Assembly (NCBI GenBank): GCA_021613535.1
Contig: CP075493.1
Span: 10,540,001 to 10,604,000, forward strand
DNA from: Adineta vaga
Lineage: Eukaryota > Animalia > Rotifera
Direction of reading: 5' to 3'
Length of the DNA: 64,000 nt
In this document: piece by piece, positions 13,301-35,309 of the stretch
How positions within the stretch are numbered: the stretch's first letter is position 1
How the letters are laid out: every line of letters starts with the position of its first letter
Made by a program: the position numbers and the translations under genes
The notes under the pieces: model-generated
Told to the model about the DNA's origin: nothing
Database searches by the model: none
Seen by the model: the letters and a program-made list of their open reading frames with translations, nothing else

Positions 13301-14694
13301 TGTTACGTAGCACAGTTTCATCATTGAATTGTAAACTTTGTTTGTATAATTCTACTTGAAAGTAAAATCCGTTCAAATTTTCATCAGTAACAGTTATAAA
13401 GAAACTCAATGTTTTATTCCTTCCCTTTGTGTTTATTTCTCTAAATAAATTATTATCGAAAAGAACTATGTCGATTACACACCTTGCTAAATATTTCATA
13501 GTGAAACGTAAGATACGATCTAATGCTAAATACGATTTCTATGAACAATATTTTAAATCATATACTTTCAGAGTTGTTGGCTATATACAAGTATAGAATC
13601 GCAAAACATATACGAAACTGAAAGATTATTGTTAAGAGAATAGCAAGTGATATATGATTATTTATGTCAACTACTTTGATGCTTGTTCGTTAATTACAGA
13701 CAAATATGACAATGTTTATACGTATTCTCGATGAAAAACAATAGACCTTCTGACTTTCTTGTTCTACTTTCTGCACTTCATGATATAATGACTGTTGACA
13801 TCTGTCCTTCATTTTTCTTTGTCTTTACCTTCTTCATGAAATAAAAAGAATCGATTATATCGAACATTTTATTTGTTTCCTTACTCAATTATAAATTGAT
13901 CTGTACGAAAATAAAATATGATTGAAATCGTATCATTAGAACCACTCTTTTTTTTCTTTCTATTCATTCAATAATGAGAACAACTCGTTAATCTATCAAC
14001 TTTATCTTTCTTGCCTTTCATATCGAATCAATGTCAAATACAGCTACTCTTGTCATATGCATAAACAAAGGAATAATTTTTCGTTAATCACATCACGCAA
14101 AACATTGCCTTGTTAATTAAGATAATTATTCTTGAAAGTTTGTCAGTTTGATATGAAACATAGAAGATTTCTATTGAAATAAAAAAAAGTCTTTGATTTA
14201 TCTGATCATCTGTTAAACACATGTGATATAACCTTGATAATAGCAAAACGAAAGTGAGAGAGAGAGAGACAAAATCTCTTACACATCGATAGCTAGAGAG
14301 AATTAAGATCAAACGATACAGGATTGTATCAATAAATAAACTCGATTACATATACATATATCTAAAATCAACAGACAAAAGAAAAGGAAAAAGCTTGAAT
14401 GAATGGCTTGATTTTCTGATCATATTGATGATGACAGACATACTATCATCACTCGTTCTGTCAATCATGATAGTTTTGTTTATACAAATGTCCAAGTGTG
14501 TGAGTGCCTTCACAATAAGACACGCGTTAATTTCTGTAATTGGTGATGAAACACACACACACATATATATGTATATATACACGTCAGGCGAAAGGTATTA
14601 TTCCATCTATTATTTAATCTACATAGTAAAAAACACATGATGGATGTGACCTTGCTTTCAAGATAAAGAAAAAAAAAAGAAGAAGAGATGAAGA

Positions 14695-15677
14695 TTAATT
14701 ATTATTGTTTGTATGATTGTTCGAACGTCGTGTTGTTCCTGTCATCGGTGACAAAGACAAGTGAGGATAAAAGAATGGTAACTGATCATTGTTGTTTAAC
14801 ATCACGGGTGGTTTGTAATATGGATGAAAACGTTGGTGATGATTATGATTTTGTTGTTGCTGATGAGGATGAAGAGAATTCGTTTTTCCTGTTGAAGTAT
14901 GACTATGTCGTAAATGTTCAACAAGTTCGTCGGCGGACGAAAATCTCGCAGTACATGAAAACCAATGGCAAGCATAAGGTTGATTATTAACGGAAGCAGC
15001 AAGAATATGTCGAACGGTTTCACATTGTAAACAACCTGGAACTGTACATGGTGTTGAAAATGAATGTTGTTGTTGTTGTTGTTGCTGCTGCTGTTGCTGT
15101 TGAGCAGCTAAATAAGCAAGCGACGAACGTAGAAGAAGTGCAGCAGCAGTTGATGTTGGATCAAATAATGATGGTAAATGGCTTGATAATGGATTTGACT
15201 CGACGAAAGACGAGGATGGGAGAATAGTACTAGGTTTCACTGGAAGTGTTGACTTTTTATTTGTGATTGTACTATTTGGCTGGGAGGGTGATGAGCGTTT
15301 AGTTGACGACAACGATTTGTCACTATTAGATGTTGATGATAGAATGGACGAAGACTTTGTGACGAGAGATGTGATAATGGGCGGAGCAGTGTTAGGTAGC
15401 AACGATGATGTATTTAAAGAGAACGATGACGATAATGATGATGGAGGTGATGGAGAATCTTTTCCAATACTTGAACATGTCTGAGCAAGAAGAGCCAATG
15501 GACTTTGACTTGAATCATACTATTATTTTTTATTTAAAAAAAAAAAATATATATATATGAGATTGAAAACGAAACATTTATATTTACCGAATTAGTTGAC
15601 GAAGAAAGAGATGCAGTATTTAATGGTTGTAAATAATCCGGTTTTAAATAAGCATTACTGGCAGTTGTGGAAGACAT
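14695..15677 (-). CDS. NET-family zinc-finger repressor (NocA/Elbow/Tlp-1; ZNF703/ZNF503-like), copy 1
   Basis: Exon 1 15677-15588 (LKPDYLQPL), exon 2 15519-14695. Sp box SPLALLAQTCSSIG, btd-like CTVPGCLQC, single C2H2 CHWFSCTARFSSADELVEHLRHSH, C-terminal RFHPYYKP, polyQ tract. Confidence 0.9.
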
Positions 15678-18533
15678 ATTTGGTTTTAGTTATAATCGTT
15701 TGTTGTTGTTGTTGTTCTTATTATTATTTGTAATCTTTATCTATAAAGTCAATGAATAAATGAATGAAAGCTTTTCCTAGTTTCTTCTCTCTCTCTCTTC
15801 TTCTTCTTCTTCTTCTCTGTTTCTCTGTCTTTTCTTCCTTATGTTCTCATTTTTCTCTGTTCGACTGTCAAGCGTAGGAGAAAGAGAAGAGATTTGTGTG
15901 TGTGATAAATGATGATCATGCTTGAGACCTCCAAGCGAATATACGTACACCGCTGCTTGACACATGCCAATTATAGAGCAAGCAAGAAGAGAAGAAGAAA
16001 AAGATGAGTGATGACAAGAACGAAAAGAGATGCCATCTATTCTCTCGCTTTGCTGTAATCTTCTCTGATGATGACGAAGTAGCATGCCGCATCCTCTCTT
16101 TCTCGATATTTCCTTCACACAATCATTCATGTCGATGCATCGATCAACTGTCAATCGTTTCAAATCGATAGACAGAAAGAAATGATAAACGAAGGCGCAT
16201 TGATACTTACACGCGATTGATGTCAATGTATGTTTTACAAATATAGTTCATTAAACGTCAAATCGAAATGGATTGAAAAGAAGATGTGTTATTTGATTAA
16301 TAGATCGCCGTTTTCAAAATAAACATTAATCACTATTCACATATGTTTTTCTCTATTCAAAAAGAAAACTGACAGGAGGTGGTAATGAAGAGAGAAAAAG
16401 GAAAATGAGAAAAATTATCTTTCAATCGATCTTATTATTAAATATGTTAAATAAAAATATCGATGATAAATGTTCTCATCAAAACAAAAATGTAATTTAT
16501 ATGACATCTGTCAGAAAATATGAACATTACGTTGAATAATTAAATTTTAAGATAATCATCTATTAGTTTTTGATATTTAGTTCTAATATAAAATGGTTAA
16601 CAAAATAAGATTTGATATCATTTTTGAAATTCTCTTTCTCTCTCTCTCTCACCCGATCTTCTATGAATGATTACATTGTCGACATCGACATCAACAGAAA
16701 GACCTTTGATAATAAATCGCGCCATTTTAATGATGAATGTCGACAGTTGTGACAAAAGAGGCGAACTTCGCCATCGACTTGTCATCGCTACTAGATGACC
16801 GACTGATGTTGTTGATGATGATCAGTCGACTTACTGATGACATAAAACATGCATGCCTATATAGCGATCGTCTCGACGTGCGCATGATCATCATCATCAT
16901 CATCGGTCGCTCATTTGTCACTCACCCACATGAATGATGATCTTGATCGATCGCATAGCATATGAGATTTCATATCACATCGGTACAAACGAGCCGAGCT
17001 CTCATCATTTATCATCAATCGTTCTGTGTATGTCGTAATAACAATATTCTGACAAGCAGAAAGCAGTCAGGCAGCGGGAGAATGATTTATCGACGAACGA
17101 TGGCGATGATGATGATGATGCGAAACATGACCTATCTCGACAAGCGAGAAAGCAAGCAAGCGAAAAGAACAAAAGAGATGTAAATGAGATAATGATAAAT
17201 GAAGGAGTCAAATATATGGATAGAAAGATACATATACATGTATATGTATATTTGTTTCAATATAATAAGAAACATAGAAAAATAACTTACGAAACCTTGA
17301 CCAAGATAAAAAGAATTCTATACTAAAAATAGAAAGAAATATTAAAACTGATTTCTGAATTTATAATTCAACTGAATATTATTGAAAGATTCTTTGATAT
17401 TTTTAGTCACTCGATAGAATAATCTTTCAATCAAATATGACGAAGATTTTATATTACTATAACCAATGTTTAAATGTACGATATTTTTGATAGATATCGA
17501 TGTATCTCTTTTTCTAGTCATTTGACACTTCATTTCACTCATATTTCCTTGTCGCTATATTTTATGACAAGCAGCAAGTATATACATTGACGTTGACGAC
17601 AATGTTCGATACCTATCTCGCTAAATGATTGTTGTCGCTCCATCTGTATATTTGTTCTTTCATATGACAACGATGTGCTCTCGTTCTAATCGATGCTGAC
17701 AAATACATTAGGATACACCCCAGCAACCTCAATTAGAACATAAGCATAGATGTATGTATGTATGCATGCATACATTGCTGTCTGAATCGATTATATGCGT
17801 ATGTGATGCGATGTGATTCGAGTCAGAAGTCATCTCATCATTATGATCGAAATATGAAGTGACTTTTTGTCCTTGTCTATTTTTGATAGGATGATGATGA
17901 TGATGATCAGATTCGACACTTATGTGAAGTGAACATTATATGGTTGACTCTTCCTGCTGTCCTGTCAGCTTTACTCATTTTATACATATCAACACGACAT
18001 GCTTCATCTCTCGTTTTTCGTTGTTCTGTATACATCAATTAGTATAGATATGTCTATGTCGACAACAAACTATGAAGAACAAAGAAATAACCGCCTTCAC
18101 ATTATAGTTGATGTGCAGTTAGAAATGATCAAAGTAGACATTCATATTCATTGTAATTAAAACGAATAAGATAAAGCGTTTTTTCATATAAATCTCCATA
18201 GTCGTGATTTAATGGTGTTAAAATATCATAAATATATACAAATTGATATTGATAAGAGAAAAACTAATTGTAGATTTAATGAAATAAGTCTTTTGAGTAG
18301 TGTATCGGTAACACTCATAGGTTAAAAAAAGATGAAGTTAACTCTATTCTAAGTCGGGAAAATTCACATTGATGTCGCTTGCTGATGAACGATGCAGAAG
18401 TGTCGCCCTCTGATTTTCTATTTTTTTCCAAGCATTTGTATCCTAGCAATGGAACAATTAATGGTGATAAGTGACATTTGTTAAGTTTGTCAACTTATTG
18501 GTTGGTTTTGAGTACTTTGTTTTGGGAAGAAAA

Positions 18534-27598
<9,065 letters not shown>

Positions 27599-27703
27599 TC
27601 ACAGGTCCTCATAAAAGCTAACATTTTTGTGATCGTTGTTGTCATTATTGTTTGAAAATGTCTAATTCATCGTGCTTATTGTGATTGTGTTTTAGATAAA
27701 GAA

Positions 27704-29538
27704 ATGAATCGGTTTGCAGATCCATCTATAGCATCTCATTATCATTTTTCACGTTCAGCAGCATCGACATCTCGACCACAGTCAAGTGTACCAGCGAAAG
27801 ATGCAGTAACTGATATGCTTAATATTGGTATTGATAATCGACATGAATTACATAGATCAGAATCATTACCATTTTCGATAAGACGTGTTGTTCGACATCA
27901 GGTACATATTCCAACAGCATCACTAGTGGCATCTCCACCGTTATTACACCCACGAAGTTCAACTCCTGAACAAAATCACACACCGGAACGTCCATTATCA
28001 GCATCAAAAAGTTTTCGTCTATCTCGTTCGATGCCAGTTCGATTAAAATCAACACCGATAACTATTCCACCACGAATGGGTTTGGAAGAAGTTTCCTATC
28101 AAAATTTTCCAAAACAAAATCATGAAAAACGAAAAATTGCACATGATCGAAAACGTAGAAAACAACAACGCCAATTTTTTTCAGATAAATCTGCAGAAAC
28201 AGAAACATGGCATCGATTAAGACGATCATTAGTCGAATTGAAACGTCTAGCAACAACACAAGACATTTTAATTGATCCTATTACATCACTTTTCAATTGT
28301 GATGGACATACATGTACAACGGTGAAACCGACAATGAGCGATGCACATCATCAACAACAGGAACAACAAGAAGAAAAAAGAGTGGCTTCATTCAAATCAG
28401 AATCAGGTATACTTTTTTAGTACTATTCAATTGTATTGAAAGTGAATGCGTATGCAATTAATGTTAATCATCATCATTCAATAAGTCGGACATGAATAGA
28501 TTGAATTGCAATCATGACATAGGGACTTTTCTCAGTCGACGAAAAAAATCGAAAACTATATTAATCACGTTTTATTTAGGTATGTCATCGCTATTCGGTT
28601 CTGGTTTTTCTTCGCGTGAATTAACTCGAACAAGTCTAACTGCATCTCAAAGTTCACTTTTCCGTCCCATGTCAGCCAAACGACCGACCGAAACTTATCC
28701 TCGTTTAGTTTTTCAACCTTTAACGGTCGGTTCAAAACCAATACATTCTGTAGTTGATAAAACTAATTCACCAATTAAAACAAGAGAAAGACCACCTGCG
28801 ACAGCACCATCTCGTACTCGTTCACGCTCAAATTTTACAAGTGCATTGCCATCCGAAGACAAAACTCCTGAAGTATTAATAACTGATCATTCGAATGATG
28901 ATATTCCATCATTACCATCTACACCACCACCAGCGCCGTCACCTCCACCAATCGCTAAAATTGAACCAGAAAGTACACCTCCTCGTAAAATAGTAACACC
29001 CACACCTATTCGTACACGACCGCCATCAACTATACCAGTAACTTCAACTATCAAATTAAAATCTTCAATTGTACGTTGTCGCAGTGCAACTGAGAGCAAA
29101 CCAACTTATTCAATCAGTAAAAATTTTCCACGTTTCATAATTATCGCTGATGAAGAACATCGTATTGAAGGTTGGTATCATCAATATCCATTTGTACTCA
29201 GTGATGATCTTCTTTCTGGCTTTCAATCAAAACAATCTCAACAAAAATTGACGATCTCAGCTTATTTTATCGATGATACACAAATATCGAATCCGAATAT
29301 ATCAGCAAAAACATTCCTACAAGGCAAACCTTTCAATATCAATAATGATTGGAAGAAATACGATTTAATATTGATATCAAATAATATTTATGAAAAAACT
29401 ATGATTTATTTAAAAACAATTGTGAATCTAATGAAATCATCAGGAAAACTTATTAAAGTTTACCAAGTAAATCATGAAGAAGATTTAAAGAAACAAGTCA
29501 AAAATATATGTAAACAAGTACAACAACAAAATGTTTAA
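27704..29538 (+). CDS. Uncharacterised Ser/Pro/Arg-rich protein, two exons
   Basis: Long ORFs 27704-28406 and 28580-29538 joined by an in-phase GT-AG intron; host-like codon usage; probable small folded C-terminal domain; no recognised family. Confidence 0.7.
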
Positions 29539-30185
29539 AAATCAAACTTTTTGTTCATGTATCAATCCGAGTGATCTCATTTGTTTGTTCTTTTTTTGAT
29601 AATATTTATTCAACAATTTCCATATATATATAAATGAAAAGTTTGATCGTATTTATTAGTACTGTATCATTGATTTTCTCAATAGTGTTATTATTGATCA
29701 GATGCTTTTCTAAATGTATGAGAATGAATGACCTATTAATAATTTAATCAACTTACACTAATACAATCATATGTCATGCATGATTAATATGATGAGAAGA
29801 GCAATAAAAGTACATTTTCATTAAATATTTCTAATGGCATAAAAATTAGTACAATTTTGTCGATTTTCAGAAAAACGATCGGAATACCGCAACGATTAAG
29901 GAACATTATAAAATAGAATAATAAATATACTATATAGAACAAGCTACATTTTCTTTGATGAATTATATTACATGCCATAATATTGTGTGTATAATGACTG
30001 GAATGTGATATAGTGCATATGAGTAGGAATCAGACAAATATTCAGATCCAAACACAAACATTTACGCATCTACATATACATATTCTGCTGTCTCAAGTGC
30101 AACAGTAGAATGTTTAGAAATCAAACTTTTGTTCTTGTATCACTTCGAGTGATCTTATTTGTTTTCTTTTTAGATAATATTTATT
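29515..30185. repeat. Imperfect ~95-bp direct repeat (29515-29610 and 30094-30185)
   Basis: caagtacaacaacaaaatgtttaaaaatcaaactttttgttcatgtatcaatccgagtgatctcatttg...gataatatttatt vs caagtgcaacagtagaatgtttagaaatcaaacttttgttcttgtatcacttcgagtgatcttatttg...gataatatttatt. Confidence 0.85.
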
Positions 30186-30581
30186 GAAATATAAAGGATA
30201 AAGTAATGTACGAAATGTTGTAACAAACTGAAAGAAGAAAATAGCATGCATGAGCTTTAAGCTTAGCCTTGTATTTTACTTCATCAAATATGATTTTATC
30301 AATGCATTCGAGAGAACATTAGAATATTTTCATCATGCGAAATGATTAAAAGCATTTTCTTCGTTCATCCAAAGGCCATTTCCGATTAGAATTTTTTCGA
30401 AAAATAAAATTAAATCAAAGAAGAAAAAATATAAGTAAAAATTTTCCTGCTTGAATAGCAACAAAGAGAAAGAAAAACTACTGTAGAAAAATAAAATCCA
30501 GTTAACAGAAGTCTGAATGATTGTACACATGTATAGAATTATTTAGCCAATCGAGTTTTCTTCTAAGATATAATTGTACAG

Positions 30582-33550
30582 TTATTTAGTTTTTATTCCA
30601 GTTCTTCTACCTGTTATAATTGGTCGTTGATCATTGTCATCAAGATAACTGTCAGCAGTTGAACTATCTAAATCATCTGTTGTTGATTTGAATCGAAAAT
30701 CTTCTATTTTCAATCGTTTGGATTTAATATAAAGTAATAAAGAAATAATGGCTAATGTCAAACCAAATGGTGATAGTAAAAATGCGAGTTTATATGATGC
30801 TGTTGTAACATAAGCCCAAAATAAAACAAATAGTATTGAATAGATAAATAAAATATAAACAGTTAAGATTCGAATCAAACGATCACGATGAGATTCTACA
30901 AGATTTGCACTGGATTGAAGTTGTTGATAACGATAATAACACGATGAACTTAAAGATAATGTCAATGGAATAAGAAATAATACTAACTAAAATATCAAAT
31001 CGATAATTAAAGAAAGAATCTTGAAATTTGTGATCTACCTGAATAGCTCCCATGAATGTTTGCATATCTGGTGGTAGATAAGTATCACGTATAATTGTTC
31101 CCCAAAGAAAAATAGCTCCAAAATAGCCATGAGTTAAATAGCCGAAATACCATGGACCTTACATCATGGATATATTTAAAACATAAGTATAAAAACAAAG
31201 GATAATTTGTCTTACCAACAAAATGATATAAAGCTAATCCAATTAATGAATAATAATATAAATCAATGGAACATAGAAGCATCATTCGTAAACGAAATTT
31301 ATTCCATAATGAAAAACAACTACCACAACATGCTATAAAAGAAAATCAATTATTTGTAGAAATATATCGATCGGAATTTTACTCTCAATATGTTATCGTA
31401 GTGAAATGAAAATTATTATTTTATTACTCTATATTGATCAAAAGTAATGATACAATTATGAACGACTCATATTATTATAATTCTATCAGTTTAGTCTATT
31501 TAGATAACGTAAATACATACGTTATTAATTACATTATGTAGGACTATTATAAATAAATATTCAAACATCATTATTGATTCAAAAATACCATTTAATTAGC
31601 AAACAAAATAAAACTAATCTCAAGTGTCAGCATGATGCTATGACCCTATTGATGTCGCAAAACGATACTGATCATATATCGACGTTATTTGTTTCTCACT
31701 GGAGATTGTATTGTAGAAAATACCAATTTAAGTACAGATCGAAAAAAGATTAAGATAATTTCAATGAAGCACTTTACTTACATATCATTCGTTGAGCTCG
31801 ATGTCGATAAAATACAAGCACGAGAATATATAAACACAAAGCTGCAATTATGGAAACTATTCCCTAATAGAAATCAAATGTTTTCTTTCAAAAACCGCAA
31901 ACATTGAAAATCTTCTATACGTACAAATGTTGGCCAATGAATGAATAGTACAAGTTTCGATCGTGTCCATGCGGTTATTGTTGTTGTTGCCAAAGAAAAT
32001 TGATTTTCACTTTTGATAATATTACTCTGATTGTCTTTAATTTCAACTATTAAATTATGGAGAAATCCATCATTATATAAACTTGCATTCCATGGTAGAA
32101 CATATAAATTTTCATGATCGATTGCTTTTATAGCATTACCCAAGAATTTTGTGTCAATCGTAACTCGAACATCAACAATTGGAAATTTCGAGAAAATAAC
32201 AATACTGAAATTAAACGAAACGATTTCATTTTCATTGAATTTCAATAAGACTAGATTACCGAATATGTGTACTCTCACTTAGACGATACAGTGGTTCTCT
32301 TGGTGTTTTAAATTTTGCAGCTTTTGGATTTGATATAACAGCATAAATTGGTTGATCAAAACGAAAATCTTCGAATGATAAGATTCCTGCATCAATGGTT
32401 ATCAATCGAAATCTTCAAGGAACCAAAAAAAGACATAAGGGTGATATCTAGTGTTCAGAATGAAAGATTTGACTATTCTTTACCGTCGATTATCTTTCCA
32501 ATCTCCTAATTCCAATTCAAGTAATCCATCTGAATGCCGAGCATATAAATGTTTAATACCAGAATGAAGATGACCATTTAAATAGACAAGACCATGTTTC
32601 ATTAATTCATCGAGACCTCTGGAATATGTAAATGATAAAGGATAATGACCGAAAAAGATGGTTGCATTCGAATCTTTTGTTTGTGCAGATAAACTTCTAA
32701 TATTATTCATTTCATCCTGACAAAAAAAAACAAATTAACCGAATAAAATTGGAATTGTCAATGAAAACATACCTTTGATATATGGCCAAGAAAATTAAAT
32801 GGACGACCAGCACCTGGTCTTGGACACATATCGATTCCAACAAATGAATACGTATCATTATCTTTGGTTGTTAACGTATATTGATAGGAACCTTTATGTA
32901 CCGGTCCTTGATTAGAATATATACTAGAGAATAGAAACCAAACACACCGAGTAATTTTTTTTTTGAAAACAAAGAGATCATTTCTACCGATAGAAACTTC
33001 TGCTAGATTCAGGATTTGGATCCATAAAACCATCTATTGAATACAATCAAATTTGAAATAATATCAACAGTCAATGATCTCTTACCATGATTGCCTCGCA
33101 TATCAAGCCAAGTTGTATGTTGTGTAACATTTGTTCGAGTGAGAATATTTTTATAAATTATCCATTCTTCTTCATATTGATCAGATCCAAATGTATGATC
33201 ACGATTATGTGTTAAATCACCTAAATTTCTATCAATGAATTTAATAAATAATCAATTATCATTACCTGATACTACGGTCACTTGTGGTTTAATCATGGAT
33301 TTAATAAGTTCATTACAAAATTGTTCGAATTGTTCTATTCGATCCGCATGACCGAAATGCGTTACATGAATATCAGTCACCTATTTCAAGAAGAATTTAT
33401 ATGTATAAGTTATAAAACATGAAAATTGCTTATGATTACATGAATAAAATGAAATAAATGCTTTCCAGTACTGCCAAGAAAGTCATCGGCTAAAGAATTG
33501 CTTTGCTGAATGTAAACAAACAACAGTAAAAGAACAAATGAATATTTCAT
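30582..33550 (-). CDS. TMEM62: TMEM62-like calcineurin-like metallophosphoesterase with C-terminal TM region
   Basis: Signal peptide; metal motifs TDIHV, SGDLTH, DMRGNHD, FFGHYP, YLNGHLH; GRPFNFLG, LELELGDWKDNR; C-terminal GPWYFG and several TM helices across many exons. Confidence 0.9.
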
Positions 33551-34179
33551 TTGCAAGAAATAAAATCTGAAATAGATCAATATTTTTTAGTTACATTCGA
33601 AATATTCTTATTGAGTATTTGCAAGATTTCAGATCGATCTTTTTCTCCTTCTGATAATACACATTCATTTCACATATATATGTAAATTTCTTTTCTTCTA
33701 AACATTAACTAATCAATTCATTAGTCAGAAGTAATATGACTAAACATGTTACGTATTAACACTCGAAAAAAACTAATTTCGTACATTATTTATTAGTCTC
33801 TTGTCTTTTTCTCCGCCTACTGTATTTGAGTTAAAAGAATTAGACGAAACATTATGTTTATCTATTGGATCGTTTTAACTGATAAATATACCAACAAGGT
33901 CTTCAGTCTCGAAATATCATTGTCTAATGTGATTAGAGAAGAGATGCGTCGATGTAGCTTAATTGATTTTCTGATGTTATTATGTAAGGAGATGAAAGAT
34001 CTATTTCGTCAAGATATCGATTCTTCGTTATTGGCTTAGTTCTTTTCTCATCTCCCCCTCTTTCTCTCTCTGTCTCAGCGGTATTCTGCGCGAGTAAATA
34101 TAAACGGTGTTACCCACACATTCTTAACATAGAAAACAATCATACGTAACTCTTCTTATTCGTTCACTCTCTCCTAATA

Positions 34180-34494
34180 ATGATGTTTCGTTCATTCTTT
34201 ATCTTAACTTTACTAATCACTCTATTTATTCATACATTAATTGCAATTAATCCAGCATATCTTCGGGAACATTTGGTTGACAGTAGTCATAATGATATTG
34301 ATAATGATCATTTGGATATTATATTTAAACGAAATAATCATAAAGAAAGTGAAGAAGATCACAATAATGATTATTATGTAATTAAACGTAATAAATATCC
34401 AAATTTTCATTTAAGTCCATTATGGTTATCACGTCGAACACGTACAAATCGTTTTTATGGTAAACCATTATGGATTTCTCGACCGGGACGTTAA
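34180..34494 (+). CDS. Putative neuropeptide precursor (two PLW[LI]SR peptides, C-terminal amidation signal)
   Basis: Hydrophobic signal peptide, acidic/His-rich spacer, KR and RR sites, SPLWLSRR and KPLWISRPGR-stop; upstream TATAAA (~34099), downstream AATAAA (~34533). Confidence 0.8.
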   Translation: MMFRSFFILTLLITLFIHTLIAINPAYLREHLVDSSHNDIDNDHLDIIFKRNNHKESEEDHNNDYYVIKRNKYPNFHLSPLWLSRRTRTNRFYGKPLWISRPGR

Positions 34495-35309
34495 AACTTC
34501 AATGATATAAAAACCATTTATTTGTTCCTTGAAATAAAAATAATGTCCATCATTTGTCTTGTCTCTTTTTCTCTCTCTCTCGCTCTTTTTTAATCAAATT
34601 TCATCTTTATATATTAAAACAAACAAATAATCATGCAATTAACTGGATAATTATCAAAATATCCATAGAAAAAATGAAACCGTCAGTTGTTTTTCTTCTA
34701 TAATCGAATAAATGCGCAATTGCATACATGGATATATTCATGTCATAGAAGTAAGTTAGATTTGAATAGAATCTATTTCTAATGATGATGACAAGTTTTA
34801 TTCTTACATTTAATGAACGAAAATGGCTTTTTAAATATGAATAAGAATGAAGGAAAGAAGTTTTACTTTACTCGCCTTGATGTCAGGAAGATTCGCTTGA
34901 ATAACTAACTAACTGGTTTCAAGTCAAGTAATTGTAACACGAAATATTGAATAGAGTTGTCTCATACATACGATTGATCAAACAACGAAACCAGTAACAT
35001 ACTTTCATTTGATGACTAATATATTTCTTGTATTATTAGAATAAATTTTGAATTTTCTGAAAAATTCAAAAAGATATTCTGCAGAAAAAATGAATCATTT
35101 AATATAAGAATATAAAAAACCTATTCAATTGATAACGACATCTATCATTGTTTTCTCATATAGTTATTTTTATATTATAGTATAGCTGTACGATTCAAGA
35201 TGATTTGTTTTAGAATAGATATCAATGACTGATAAAAATAGAAGGTTTATTTCTTATCATGTATAGAAAATAGGACATAGACATATGAACATTGTCACAG
35301 GTGATGCAA

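Noticed and set aside
14688-15484. Plus-strand ORFs antisense to NET copy 1 (and similar shadows at 28887, 37557, 38568, 56408)
   Set aside because: Alternative-frame or antisense shadows of low-complexity coding exons.
15777-17211. Cluster of 60-150 aa ORFs upstream of NET copy 1
   Set aside because: Driven by GA, GAT and CTT microsatellites and the local composition of regulatory DNA; no coding signature.
34384-34400. 'NKY' after KR suggesting the lophotrochozoan NKY neuropeptide family
   Set aside because: Coincidence with the family name; the predicted peptides do not show the long K...Y-amide architecture I associate with NKY.
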